From: an uncultured bacterium | Lineage (GTDB): Bacteria > Planctomycetota > UBA1135 > UBA2386 | NCBI GenBank assembly: GCA_963974725.1 | Contig: CAXBFC010000002.1 | Coordinates: 1 to 54,595, forward strand | Length of the DNA: 54,595 bases | Direction of reading: 5' to 3' | In this document: piece by piece, positions 1 to 9,039 of the stretch | Layout: each line of letters starts with the position of its first letter | Numbering within the stretch: position 1 is the stretch's first letter | The notes under the pieces: model-generated | The model's database searches: none | What the model saw: only the letters and a program-made list of their open reading frames with translations | What the model was told of the DNA's origin: nothing | Program-made: the position numbers and the translations under genes

Positions 1-1364
1 CCTCCATCGACTCGCCCGTGCTACTGATGGCCGGCGGGTGGATCTCCCGCAACTACCCGGCGAACTGGAGCGCCTTCCGCGCCGACAGCACGTTCTTGTT
101 CTTCTTCCCGGAGCCCGAGGCCAACGCGGCCGCGCTGTTCGACCCGAAAGACAAGTCGGTGACGTTGTTCCTCGACGAGCGCACCGACGCCGATGCCCTG
201 TGGCACGGTCCGACGCCGAGCTTCGCGGTGATGCAAAAGAAGCTCGGGGTCACCAAGATCGAGAAGCGCGCGGACCTCGACCGCCTCGTCAAGAAGAAGG
301 TCGGCAGCCGGAAGTGCAAGACACTGGCGGTTGCCGATCCCCGCGCGACGGCCGAAGCCAAGAAGATCACCGGCGACAAGGTCGACTTCTTCAACACCAA
401 GAAGGTCGGCGACCCGGCCTTGCTGCTCGCGATTGCCGAACTGCGCAACCACCGCATGCCGGAAGAGATCGCCGAGATGCGCAAAGCCGCCGCCATCACG
501 CGCGATGCGCACAAGCTCGCGATGGCGCACACGCGCGCCGGGGTCACCGAGCAAGAACTCGTCGGCCATGTCGTCGGCACGTTCTCCAAGCATGGCTGCG
601 TCGAGGCCTACGGCACGATCCTCAGCGTGCGCGGCGAGGTGCTGCACAACCACGACCACAGCAACACGCTCAAGAACGGGGACTTGGTGCTGCTCGATGC
701 CGGCGCCGAACTGGCGAGCGGCTACTGCGGTGACGTCACGCGCACGTGGCCGGTCAATGGTCGCTTCTCGCCGGCACAGCGCGACATCTACGACATCGTG
801 CTCGCCGCCGAAAAGGCTTCGATCGAGATGATCAAGCCGGGCCAGCGCTACCTCGAAATCCACCTTGAGTCCGCACGCGTAATCGCCGACGGCATGTGCC
901 AACTCGGGTTGATGAATGGCAACGCCGACGACCTGGTCGCTTGCGGTGCGCACACGCTATTCTTCCCGCACGGCGTCGGCCACCTGATCGGCATCGATGT
1001 GCACGACATGGAAGGATTCGGGGAAGTCGTCGCCTACCCCAACGGCCGCAAGCGCAGCAAGGAGTTCGGCACGGCGTTCTTGCGCAACGACATCGACATG
1101 GCCACCGGCATGTGCGTCACGATCGAGCCGGGCATCTACTTCGTGCCGGCGATCCTGCACGACGCGAAGTTCCGCGCACAGCACAAGAAGAACGTCAACT
1201 TCGACAAGGTCGAGCGCTTCCTCACCATGAACGGCAAGCGTGGCTTCGGCGGCATCCGCATCGAGGATGACGTGCTCTGCACCAAGTCCGGCTACGACGT
1301 GCTATCTAGCGAAGTGCCAAAAGAGCGCGTCGCGCTGGAAGCGCTGATCGGCAGCGCCTGCTAG
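1..1364 (+). CDS. pepP: Xaa-Pro aminopeptidase (peptidase M24B); 5' end probably cut by the window edge
   Basis: The frame is open from the window edge through the GTG at 18. The product carries M24B metal-ligand blocks (DAGAELASGYCGDVTRTWPVNGRFSPAQRDIYDIVL, HGVGHLIGIDVHD, TIEPGIY, GGIRIEDDV). By eye it is colinear with E. coli PepP from roughly residue 30 onward. Confidence 0.9.
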   Translation, partial: SIDSPVLLMAGGWISRNYPANWSAFRADSTFLFFFPEPEANAAALFDPKDKSVTLFLDERTDADALWHGPTPSFAVMQKKLGVTKIEKRADLDRLVKKKVGSRKCKTLAVADPRATAEAKKITGDKVDFFNTKKVGDPALLLAIAELRNHRMPEEIAEMRKAAAITRDAHKLAMAHTRAGVTEQELVGHVVGTFSKHGCVEAYGTILSVRGEVLHNHDHSNTLKNGDLVLLDAGAELASGYCGDVTRTWPVNGRFSPAQRDIYDIVLAAEKASIEMIKPGQRYLEIHLESARVIADGMCQLGLMNGNADDLVACGAHTLFFPHGVGHLIGIDVHDMEGFGEVVAYPNGRKRSKEFGTAFLRNDIDMATGMCVTIEPGIYFVPAILHDAKFRAQHKKNVNFDKVERFLTMNGKRGFGGIRIEDDVLCTKSGYDVLSSEVPKERVALEALIGSAC

Positions 1365-1367
1365 GCG

Positions 1368-2057
1368 ATGCTGCGCGCGTTTTCACTATCCGTTGGGCAA
1401 TTGTTCAGCGGCCCGATCCTCGGCGTGCTCGGCGCTTGCGTGATGCTCAGCACCGCGTGCTTCGTCGGGCTGTGGTTCGGCATCGACTGGGCCATCGAAA
1501 CGTGGTTGGAAGGGTCCGAAGGCTTCCTCGCGGACATTGCGTCGATGGGCGGTGGCTTCCTCGCCGCACTGCTGTTGGCGTATTTCCTGTTCCCGGTCGT
1601 CGCCACCGCATTCCTGTCGCTGTTCCTCGAACGCATCGCCAAGACCGTTGAGGATCAGTATTACCCGCACTTACCGCCCGCCAAGGGATTGCCGGTCTTG
1701 CCAGCACTGGCGGTCACGCTGCGCTTCGTGGTGCTGATGATCGCAGCGAACGCGCTACTGCTCGTGCTGCTGTTTTTTCCGCCGATCTATGCCGTTGCAT
1801 GGTTTGTCGTCAACGGCTGGTTGATTGGCCGCGAGTACCTCGAACTGGTTGCCATGCGGCGCATCAGCGTTCGCGAGACCGACCAACTGCGCACGCGGCG
1901 CGGCACGGAAACGCTGATGACCGGGGTCGTGCTGGCCGTGCTGCTGCCCATCCCAGTGTTCAACATGGTCCTACCGGTGTTCGCAACCTGCGTGATGGTG
2001 CACCGGTTCCATGAATGGCGGGGCGCCGAGATCGAAATCGACAGCGACTACCAGTAA
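1368..2057 (+). CDS. EI24/CysZ-like (DUF540-type) integral membrane protein
   Basis: ATG lies 4 nt after the pepP stop. The 229-aa product has several hydrophobic helices and a GREYLELVAMRR block reminiscent of the EI24/CysZ family. The family call is from memory. Confidence 0.55.
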   Translation: MLRAFSLSVGQLFSGPILGVLGACVMLSTACFVGLWFGIDWAIETWLEGSEGFLADIASMGGGFLAALLLAYFLFPVVATAFLSLFLERIAKTVEDQYYPHLPPAKGLPVLPALAVTLRFVVLMIAANALLLVLLFFPPIYAVAWFVVNGWLIGREYLELVAMRRISVRETDQLRTRRGTETLMTGVVLAVLLPIPVFNMVLPVFATCVMVHRFHEWRGAEIEIDSDYQ

Positions 2058-2082
2058 GGCCACTGCAATCTCGCGCTCGCGA

Positions 2083-2514
2083 TCACTCGCTTGGCGGATA
2101 CAGCACGACCGGCACCGTCGCGTGACGCACCACCAACTCCGCAACGGAGCCGAGCAACAAGCGTCGCAAGCCCGAACGCCCATGGGTCGCCATCGCGATG
2201 TAGTCGGCCTTGTGCTCCTTCGCATAGGAGACGATGGCGTGCGCCACATCCGCCGCATCCAATACCACCGTGGTCTTGCACAGTGGCCCCAGTGGCCCAG
2301 CAACTTCCTTCAGCTTCTTCGTCCAATCGACATGCAGCTGTTGGCGGTCCGGATAAACACCCATCACGTTGCCGGCGACCGGTTCGAAGGGCATGTCTTC
2401 GAGCACTGCGAGCAAGGTAATCGGCAACTTCAGGCGCTCCGCGAGCTCGCGCACAGGAGCGAACGCACGTAGCGATTCGGGGGACAAGTCTGACGTGAGG
2501 ACAATTCCTGGCAT
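2083..2514 (-). CDS. universal stress protein (UspA family)
   Basis: ATG at 2514 is preceded by AAGGAAG. The N-terminus is [11 protein letters not shown]. The C-terminal UspA nucleotide-binding block is [33 protein letters not shown]. The longer ORF up to 2670 runs into the palindrome and is not credible. Confidence 0.85.
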   Translation of the reverse strand: MPGIVLTSDLSPESLRAFAPVRELAERLKLPITLLAVLEDMPFEPVAGNVMGVYPDRQQLHVDWTKKLKEVAGPLGPLCKTTVVLDAADVAHAIVSYAKEHKADYIAMATHGRSGLRRLLLGSVAELVVRHATVPVVLYPPSE

Positions 2515-2631
2515 AAGTACTTCCTTAGGAGAACGCGAGCAGTTTGGGACACGCCTACCAGGCGGACCATGCGCACATGTACCCGAATGAGAACCGGTGA
2601 TAGCGGAGCGCGACCAGTGAGAAGGTAACCG

Positions 2632-2722
2632 GCGAGGAAGTGCGTACGGTGCCTGGACAAAAAAACACATCCTCGCTGCGAGGATGTGTTTTTTTGTCCA
2701 GGCACCGTACGCACTTCCTCGC
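2632..2722. terminator. 91-bp perfect palindrome whose core is a bidirectional intrinsic terminator
   Basis: 2632-2676 is the exact reverse complement of 2678-2722 around T2677. The inner stem CACATCCTCGC/GCGAGGATGTG is flanked by A7 and T7. It starts 3 nt after the stop of the 2726-3667 gene. Confidence 0.75.
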
Positions 2723-2725
2723 GGG

Positions 2726-3667
2726 CTAGCTGCGGCTCAGCCACGCGAAGTCGGTGTTGCCACCGGTCACGATCATGCCGACTCGCTTGCCTCGGACCTG
2801 ATCCGCAATGCTGCGAATCGATGCGAGCACCGTCGCACCGCTAGGCTCGACGACCATCTTGGTGCGCTCGAGGAAGAAGCGCGCCGCATCGACGATCGCC
2901 TGCTCTTCGCACGTGATCACTTCAACGTGGTGGCGCTGCATCAGCTCGAAGTTTGGTTCGCCCAAGGCGGTCATCAGCCCGTCGCCCCAGGTCTTGGGGT
3001 TGACCACGGCCGGCTGCCGCACGCCGGTCGCCATCGACCTTGCGGCGTCGTCAACGGCCTTGGGTTCTGCCGCCAGCATGCGGGCACCGGGCAGCAACGC
3101 GCGCACGACCACGGCGGTGCCACCACACAGGCCACCGCCGCCAACAGGCGTGATCACCACATCGAGATCGGGCACCTGCTCAAGCAATTCGAGCGCGGCC
3201 GTTGCTTGTCCGGCAATGACCAACGCATTCTCGAACGGGTGCACCAGCTCCGCGCCGGTCTGCGCCTGCCACGTATCGCACGCCTGCTGACGCTCGCTCT
3301 GCTTGCAGAACCGGACTTCCGCGCCGTAGCCCTCCACCGCGAGAACCTTCACTTTGGGGGCGGTTTCCGGCATCACGACGTAACACGGAATGCCGCGCGT
3401 GCGGGCCGCATACGCGAGTGCCGCCGCGTGGTTGCCGCTGCTGTGAGTCACGACGCCGCGCTGCGCAACTTCGTCAGCGAGCGCCATCACGGCGTTGCAC
3501 GCGCCGCGCGCCTTGAAGGCACCGACCTTCTGCAAGTTCTCGCACTTGACGAAGACCTGCGCGCCGAGCTCGGCGTCGAGCGTGGCCGAAGTCGCAACCG
3601 GGGTGCGATGCACGTGGCCGCGGATGCGCTCCACGGCCGCCTGAACATCCGCCAGTTCGACCGGCAC
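2726..3667 (-). CDS. PLP-dependent threonine/serine dehydratase family enzyme (serine racemase / threo-3-hydroxyaspartate ammonia-lyase-like)
   Basis: GTG start. It has the PLP-lysine block [13 protein letters not shown], then [14 protein letters not shown] and a GGGGL glycine loop. At 313 aa it is the short catabolic-type length. Confidence 0.85.
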   Translation of the reverse strand: MPVELADVQAAVERIRGHVHRTPVATSATLDAELGAQVFVKCENLQKVGAFKARGACNAVMALADEVAQRGVVTHSSGNHAAALAYAARTRGIPCYVVMPETAPKVKVLAVEGYGAEVRFCKQSERQQACDTWQAQTGAELVHPFENALVIAGQATAALELLEQVPDLDVVITPVGGGGLCGGTAVVVRALLPGARMLAAEPKAVDDAARSMATGVRQPAVVNPKTWGDGLMTALGEPNFELMQRHHVEVITCEEQAIVDAARFFLERTKMVVEPSGATVLASIRSIADQVRGKRVGMIVTGGNTDFAWLSRS

Positions 3668-3670
3668 GAC

Positions 3671-5890
3671 TTAGCGCGCCGCAACCTTGAGCTTGCCGCT
3701 CTTGCGCTCGACGTCGAAGAGCTTGTTGCCGAGCGGCACACCCTTCAGCTTGAAGTCGACCGGATCGCCAATCGGATCGTCCTGAATCTCGCCGTAGCGG
3801 ACTGCGAAGCCACAGCCGATGCGGAAGATGTTATCGAGCATGAACGAGTTGAGGTTGATGTCGACACCGCGATAGCGCGAGCCAATACCGTTCTCAGGGT
3901 GGAAGTGCTCGAGGCAGTTCGCTTCCTGGGTGCCGTCCAGCTCACCACTCATCATCTTGAGCGTGCGCTTGAGCAAGTCGCCAGCGAGCTTCGCCGCCTT
4001 CTTGTTGCCGCGCTCGGCCCAGTAGGTCAGACCTTCGAGGATGTGCGAGTTGACGACCGGCCAGGTACGACCGTTCCACGGCGAACCCTTGCGGGTGCCC
4101 TTCCAACGGCCCGCGCCATCGAAGGTCGAGTCGCTCATCGAGATGCTCGGCACCGGGTACTTGGCCCAGAACTCATCGCGACTCGACAACAGGTCCAACA
4201 TGCTGTCGACCTGCTTCTGGTTCGGGATGTCGGTTGCGAGCGGGTAGAAGCCCACTGCAGCACGCACGTTGGTCTTGCGACGGCTTACCGGATCGAGGTC
4301 CATGAACATGCCGGACTTCTCGTCCCACATCTTCTTTCGCACAGTCTCAAGGATGACTTCGATCTCCGCTTGGAAGCGGTTGGCCATCGCCTTCTCTTGG
4401 ATCTCCTCGGCGACCGCGTAGAGCCACTTGACCATGCGGTAGCGGAACACCGACACGTCGATGCCCTTGAGGCGGAACTGCTCGGTGAACTCCACCGCGC
4501 GGTCGGCCTTGCTATCGATGACCGTGTAGCGGCGCGAGAACTCTTGGCCCGATTCGAAGTGGTTGACGATGTCGGTCAGACCACTGCCTTCCGGGTCGCG
4601 GTTGTTGCCAACCCACTTGACGTAGCGCTGCATCGCCATCAAGACGGTCTTCTTGGTCGCCTTGTCGTTATGCATCGAGTCGAGCGCCTCGAAGCCACCA
4701 CCCCAGTCGGCGTGGTAGAAGTCGCTCGCGTCGGTGCCGCTCATGTAGACGCGGCCGGGGACCTGACCATTGTGCAGCAGGTTGTCGAAGAAGATCTTCA
4801 AGCAGCCGCGCGAGTAGCTCGGATCATGTAGCCAGCGAGCTTCGCGCATCACCGCCGGAGCACTGAAGCTCGTCGGGATGTGAGCCTCACCGTTGCCTTC
4901 ACAGACGGCAGCCGACGTATACAGGCCCGCCCCTTGCTGCTGACGCAACAGGTAGAGCAGCTCGAAGCGGTTCTTGACGACGCGCTCCATGCCCTTGTCT
5001 TCACACTCGAACTGCGGAACGCTGCTCCAGAAGGCCTTGTAGCCGTTCTCGTCCTTGACGTCCGGACGGCGTGCACGATAGGTGACGCCCTTGCCCTTGA
5101 AGGTGACGTTCGCCTCGAAGCGGTGCGCAGCGCTGCCGCCACCCTTCAACGTGATGGCGCGGAACAAGCCGGCATACACGCGCGAACCAGCGATGATCGG
5201 ACTGGGCTTCTCGACGGGGCGCTTGGCGCGCGGCGTCTGCAGGTGCCCCATGTCGAACCACGGTGTCTCCTCGAAGTTGCCGAGATCACTGCCACCCTCA
5301 CAGAAGTACGCCTGCAAGCAGCGCGCACCCTTGCTGTCCGGGTTGGAGAAGTGGATGTCGGTCGGCACCTGCGGCGAGCCAACCGGACCAAGCGGTCGAC
5401 GAATGCGGAAACTGTCGCCCTCGTGCGAAACAGGTTCGCCTTCCGGGTCGGTCGTCGTCCACATCACCACGTGCAGCTCGAGCTCCTCGTTGCTGCCGTT
5501 CTTCAGCTCCAACTCGGAGACCAAGCGGTCGTCTTGGGTGATGAAGCGCGTCTCGGTGATAGTGATCTTGCCCGCGACGTGCTTGAACACGCCCTTGCCG
5601 TCGACCATCTCGAACCCGGCGCAAACCGTGTCCATTGGACGCCCACCGTTCAAGAACGATAGGAAGTAGACGGATGGCACGACCGCACTTGAGATACAGG
5701 TCTCGTCGGCGAACCCGGGCTCGGTGATGCGTCGCGGATATTGCGGGGCAAAGAGGCAATAGCCTCCGCCCGCCAACGCGATCTTTTTCGGCAGATTGAC
5801 GACACCGGAATCCGTGGCTGATGCCTTGGAGCCTGAGGCCTTCGCCTTCGTCGTACGCTTGGCCGAACTCTTCTTCTTAGCCGCTGCCAT
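3671..5890 (-). CDS. (alpha/alpha)6-barrel glycoside hydrolase, GH63 / MGH1-like
   Basis: The long ORF has blocks HFESGQEFSRRY and GSPWNGRTWPVVNSHILEGL typical of GH63/MGH1-like hydrolases (from memory). The preferred start is the ATG at 5890 (MAAAKKKSSAKR...), with an alternative at 5953. The stop is 3 nt before the dehydratase start. Confidence 0.6.
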   Translation of the reverse strand: MAAAKKKSSAKRTTKAKASGSKASATDSGVVNLPKKIALAGGGYCLFAPQYPRRITEPGFADETCISSAVVPSVYFLSFLNGGRPMDTVCAGFEMVDGKGVFKHVAGKITITETRFITQDDRLVSELELKNGSNEELELHVVMWTTTDPEGEPVSHEGDSFRIRRPLGPVGSPQVPTDIHFSNPDSKGARCLQAYFCEGGSDLGNFEETPWFDMGHLQTPRAKRPVEKPSPIIAGSRVYAGLFRAITLKGGGSAAHRFEANVTFKGKGVTYRARRPDVKDENGYKAFWSSVPQFECEDKGMERVVKNRFELLYLLRQQQGAGLYTSAAVCEGNGEAHIPTSFSAPAVMREARWLHDPSYSRGCLKIFFDNLLHNGQVPGRVYMSGTDASDFYHADWGGGFEALDSMHNDKATKKTVLMAMQRYVKWVGNNRDPEGSGLTDIVNHFESGQEFSRRYTVIDSKADRAVEFTEQFRLKGIDVSVFRYRMVKWLYAVAEEIQEKAMANRFQAEIEVILETVRKKMWDEKSGMFMDLDPVSRRKTNVRAAVGFYPLATDIPNQKQVDSMLDLLSSRDEFWAKYPVPSISMSDSTFDGAGRWKGTRKGSPWNGRTWPVVNSHILEGLTYWAERGNKKAAKLAGDLLKRTLKMMSGELDGTQEANCLEHFHPENGIGSRYRGVDINLNSFMLDNIFRIGCGFAVRYGEIQDDPIGDPVDFKLKGVPLGNKLFDVERKSGKLKVAAR

Positions 5891-6015
5891 TGGCAAGTCT
5901 TTTATATCGAGGCGCTTATGGTGCCCAAGTAGAGTGACTAACCAACACACCAATTACGGTGTTACCGGATAATAGTCAAACAGGCAGTCGCATATTGATG
6001 GCTGCCCGCTAGCAG

Positions 6016-7368
6016 TCAAGGGGTTTCCGGCGCCTGCCACAGGTCTGACAACGTCAGACCCGGTTTGCGGGATACGGCAGCTCCGAACACAGCCGCCAAG
6101 CGCGCCGTCAATGACTGCCTTGAGAAGCCAATCATACGCTGCCTGGTGCACCCGGACTTTGGTTGGCCGTCTTGGTGAGCCGCAACCATTTCGCCGAGCG
6201 CCTGCGCCAATGCGTTGGCATCGGTTGGCGGCACGACCACCCCCGCACGCATGGTTTCGATGAGGTCCGCACCATCGCCGGGCGGCAGCGCCCCGAGCAC
6301 CGGTCGCTCACTGGCAAGTGCTTCATAGAGTTTGCCCGGAACGACCAACGCGCGTTCGCCGGCGGGAACGCCATGCAGAGGCACGAACACGGCATCTGCC
6401 GAGTGCAGCGCGGCGACCGACTGTTGATGCGGCACATAGCCATGCAACGTGAACAGCTTCTCGATGCCGAGCGAATGCATCAGCTCACGGTGCGAAGCAT
6501 CCACCTCACCATATAGGTGCACTGCCAATTGCTTTGCAGCATGCTCGGCGCCAACGGCATCACGCCACCTCGCAATGCCGTGCAATAGATAGTAGCCAGT
6601 GCGACCAAGCGGCTCGATCTGGCGATTGCGTACGCGCAGCAGCGAGTTCTTGGTCATACCCGCATCGAGAGATGCCGGGTGGAACGTGCCGATATGAACC
6701 AATTGAAAAGGGGCCGTGCTATCCGCGCGGGTCGGCTCGACGGCCGCGAAGTCCTCGGCGTCGAATCCATTGGGGATCACGACACATCGATCCGACGACG
6801 CGCCCAACTCCACAAACGCGCGCCTGGCTTCCGGTACGTTGGCAACGACGTAGTCCGCACCAATGATCGTGCGCCGCAGGTGACTGAGGTCTCTGCGCGC
6901 ATGGATCGCACTCAAATACGTGCGCCATGCATCCAGCGCCCACGGATCGCGCAAGTCCGCGATCCACGGCAAGCCATGTTCTTGCTGCAAGCGCTCGCCA
7001 ATGCGGAAGCACGCGTAGGGCGACAACGTCGTGACCACTGCATCGAACTTCTGCTCGTGCGCCAACTGCATCGCGCGCTCACAGGCGGCGTGCACCCATT
7101 CGTCGGCGTCGACATGCAACCGCAGCTTGCGACGCATACGCATCGCGAGCGGCACGCGAGTCGGCTCAGCCACTCGTTCGACGCGGCAATCCCCGTGCGA
7201 AAGCGAGGCGTCGTCATGCGGCGCGTGCTCACTTCGCTCATCTTCGGTGACCGTCAAAACCACCGGTTCGATGCCGTGCTCGGGCAGATACTTGCAGAAC
7301 TTCGCGAAGCGCTGGGTGCCGGCACCGCCCTTTGGCGGGAAGTAGTAGGCAACAACCAGAACGCGCAT
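6016..7368 (-). CDS. glycosyltransferase family 4 (GT-B fold)
   Basis: The N-terminus MRVLVVAYYFPPKGGAGTQRFAKF starts at the ATG at 7368, in an ATGA overlap with the upstream stop. The C-terminal block PGKLYEALASERPVLG matches the GT4 donor-binding region. The upstream 72 codons of the raw ORF overlap the preceding gene. Confidence 0.8.
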   Translation of the reverse strand: MRVLVVAYYFPPKGGAGTQRFAKFCKYLPEHGIEPVVLTVTEDERSEHAPHDDASLSHGDCRVERVAEPTRVPLAMRMRRKLRLHVDADEWVHAACERAMQLAHEQKFDAVVTTLSPYACFRIGERLQQEHGLPWIADLRDPWALDAWRTYLSAIHARRDLSHLRRTIIGADYVVANVPEARRAFVELGASSDRCVVIPNGFDAEDFAAVEPTRADSTAPFQLVHIGTFHPASLDAGMTKNSLLRVRNRQIEPLGRTGYYLLHGIARWRDAVGAEHAAKQLAVHLYGEVDASHRELMHSLGIEKLFTLHGYVPHQQSVAALHSADAVFVPLHGVPAGERALVVPGKLYEALASERPVLGALPPGDGADLIETMRAGVVVPPTDANALAQALGEMVAAHQDGQPKSGCTRQRMIGFSRQSLTARLAAVFGAAVSRKPGLTLSDLWQAPETP

Positions 7369-8153
7369 CAGCTGTCGCCTCGCACCGCAACCGACTCGCC
7401 CAGCGCATGTGCCAGGCAGTTCGCGTCCTGACACTTGTTGGCATTGCGCGACAAGCGATCGCCACGGCGACGTAAGCGCTTCATGAAGCGGTGCACCATG
7501 CCGGCCTTGGCCTTGTCTTGCAGCAACAGCGCCGGCATCGGCAAGACATGGCCGTAGCGCTCGCCCCACTTCGCCATCAACCACTGCGACGCGTGCTCAT
7601 AGCTATCATCGAGCTTGCCGGTCGACAGGTGGACCAGCGGTGCATCAATGGCCATCGCCTTGAGCCCTTGGCGATCCGCTTCGAAACAAATGTCTGCGCC
7701 GTAGCAGTGAAAGCCCGGCACCTCTTCACAAAAGCGCAAGCCCGACGACTTGCGCACCGCGATCAACACTTCGTCCAATGCCAGCACCTGACGCGGCAAC
7801 GACGCCCAATAGCAGTGTCCGTTGGGGTCGACGATGTGGCCGCGGAATCGACCGGAGTGCTCACAACCGACGAGCCCTGCGAGCGCGACGTCATCCGGCA
7901 CGTTCGCCAAAGATGTCGTCAACCGCTGCCAGAAGTCCGCAGGGAACAACACGTCCTGATGCAGGCAGACAATCCAATCCGCGTCGAGTTGTTCGATGCC
8001 GTGATTGAGGCCCTGCGCCGCGTTCCAACCCTTGAGGTTTGGTTCGATCTTAAGCCACTCCGGCATCACGTCGGCGACTTTGCGCAACGACTCCTGGCAC
8101 GCTTCGAACTGCGCGACGTCATTGACCAAAGATACGAATGCGAGGCGGATCAC
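7368..8153 (-). CDS. putative glycosyltransferase (GT2-like fold)
   Basis: The 261-aa ORF is translationally coupled at both ends (GTGA at 8150-8153, ATGA at 7368). The N-terminal IRLAFVSLVND...ACQESL and WIVCLHQDV pattern resembles small GT-A enzymes. The family call is weak. Confidence 0.5.
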   Translation of the reverse strand: MIRLAFVSLVNDVAQFEACQESLRKVADVMPEWLKIEPNLKGWNAAQGLNHGIEQLDADWIVCLHQDVLFPADFWQRLTTSLANVPDDVALAGLVGCEHSGRFRGHIVDPNGHCYWASLPRQVLALDEVLIAVRKSSGLRFCEEVPGFHCYGADICFEADRQGLKAMAIDAPLVHLSTGKLDDSYEHASQWLMAKWGERYGHVLPMPALLLQDKAKAGMVHRFMKRLRRRGDRLSRNANKCQDANCLAHALGESVAVRGDS

Positions 8154-8956
8154 GAGTCAGCTACTGCCCGAAGGCGATCGAGGACAGAGGTCAGTTCTTC
8201 GGGCATCGGGTCTTCGAGGACGAATCGCTCACCGGTGGTTGGATGCGCCATCTCGACCCGCTGCAGGTGCAGGAACAGGCGATGCAATCCGTAGAGCTTG
8301 CGAAAGGTAGCGTTGATGCGGCCCTTGCCGTGGGTAGTGTCGCCGATGACGTGTCGACCAGCGTGGTTGGCATGTCGTCGAATCTGATGGTATCGACCAG
8401 TAAAGATGCGGCACCGCACCAAAGCACAGCGAGAAAACGTCTCGACGACCTCAAAGTCGCTGCGACACTCGCGCGCGATGTCTTTGTCATCGGTGAGCGG
8501 CCGATCCATCGTCCACGACGCGCCGAGTTCCTTGTTGCTGCCCGGATACCGCATCAACGCCATGTAATCCTTGTGGGCATCCGGTGCCGACAGGCTCTTC
8601 TGCAGCGCCGCAGCGCTCTCTGACGAGAGCCCAAACATCAGGATGCCCGACGTGGCGCGATCTAGGCGGTGGAACGGATAGACGTATTGCCCGATCTGAT
8701 CGCGAACGATCTGCAGTGCCGCATGCGCATCGGGGTAGTTCTTGTCGCGGTGCACGAGCAGCCCCGACGGCTTGCTGACTGCGAGGAAGTCTTCTTCTTG
8801 ACGCAGCACCGGCAGCGGCCCAGGGCACGGCTCAGTGGCCGCCTCTGGGGTCGCCTCGGTGGACGCCTCTGGGGTCGCCTCTGGGGTCGCCTCTGGGGTC
8901 GATCCGGGAGTGGTCGACTCAGCGGGATCAGTCGAGTCGTTCGGTTGCTCGGTCAT
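8150..8956 (-). CDS. RluA-family pseudouridine synthase (TruC-like) with a (TPEA)n N-terminal tail
   Basis: The catalytic block is YPFHRLDRATSGILMFG, followed by RYHQIRRH. The N-terminal 45 aa are low-complexity TPEATPEATPEASTEATPEA. Confidence 0.85.
   Translation of the reverse strand: MTEQPNDSTDPAESTTPGSTPEATPEATPEASTEATPEAATEPCPGPLPVLRQEEDFLAVSKPSGLLVHRDKNYPDAHAALQIVRDQIGQYVYPFHRLDRATSGILMFGLSSESAAALQKSLSAPDAHKDYMALMRYPGSNKELGASWTMDRPLTDDKDIARECRSDFEVVETFSRCALVRCRIFTGRYHQIRRHANHAGRHVIGDTTHGKGRINATFRKLYGLHRLFLHLQRVEMAHPTTGERFVLEDPMPEELTSVLDRLRAVADS
8841..8900. repeat. five tandem 12-bp units (GCCTCTGGGGTC) encoding TPEA repeats
   Basis: The tandem units were read directly at 8841, 8853 (degenerate), 8865, 8877 and 8889, inside the pseudouridine synthase 5' end. 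Confidence 0.8.
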
Positions 8957-9039
8957 TGGCGAGTATGCATCGAAACGATTGACCGCCTACAGAACAACCT
9001 CGTTCGCGACAACTGCACCGGCAAGCCATACTCGACATC

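Noticed and set aside
2684-4831. A 715-aa ORF on the + strand, the longest + strand ORF in this area.
   Set aside because: It runs antisense to two minus-strand genes that have clear family motifs (PLP dehydratase, GH63-like hydrolase). Its product is Arg/Ala/His-rich and low in complexity, typical of shadow ORFs in GC-rich DNA. Its N-terminus ([13 protein letters not shown]) is just the palindrome read in the other direction.
5951-5979. A sigma70-like promoter TTGACT-17-TAATTG (minus strand) upstream of the GH63-like gene.
   Set aside because: The -10 hexamer matches the consensus at only two positions, and the promoter consensus of this organism is unknown. The stretch looks AT-rich by eye, but no promoter is called.
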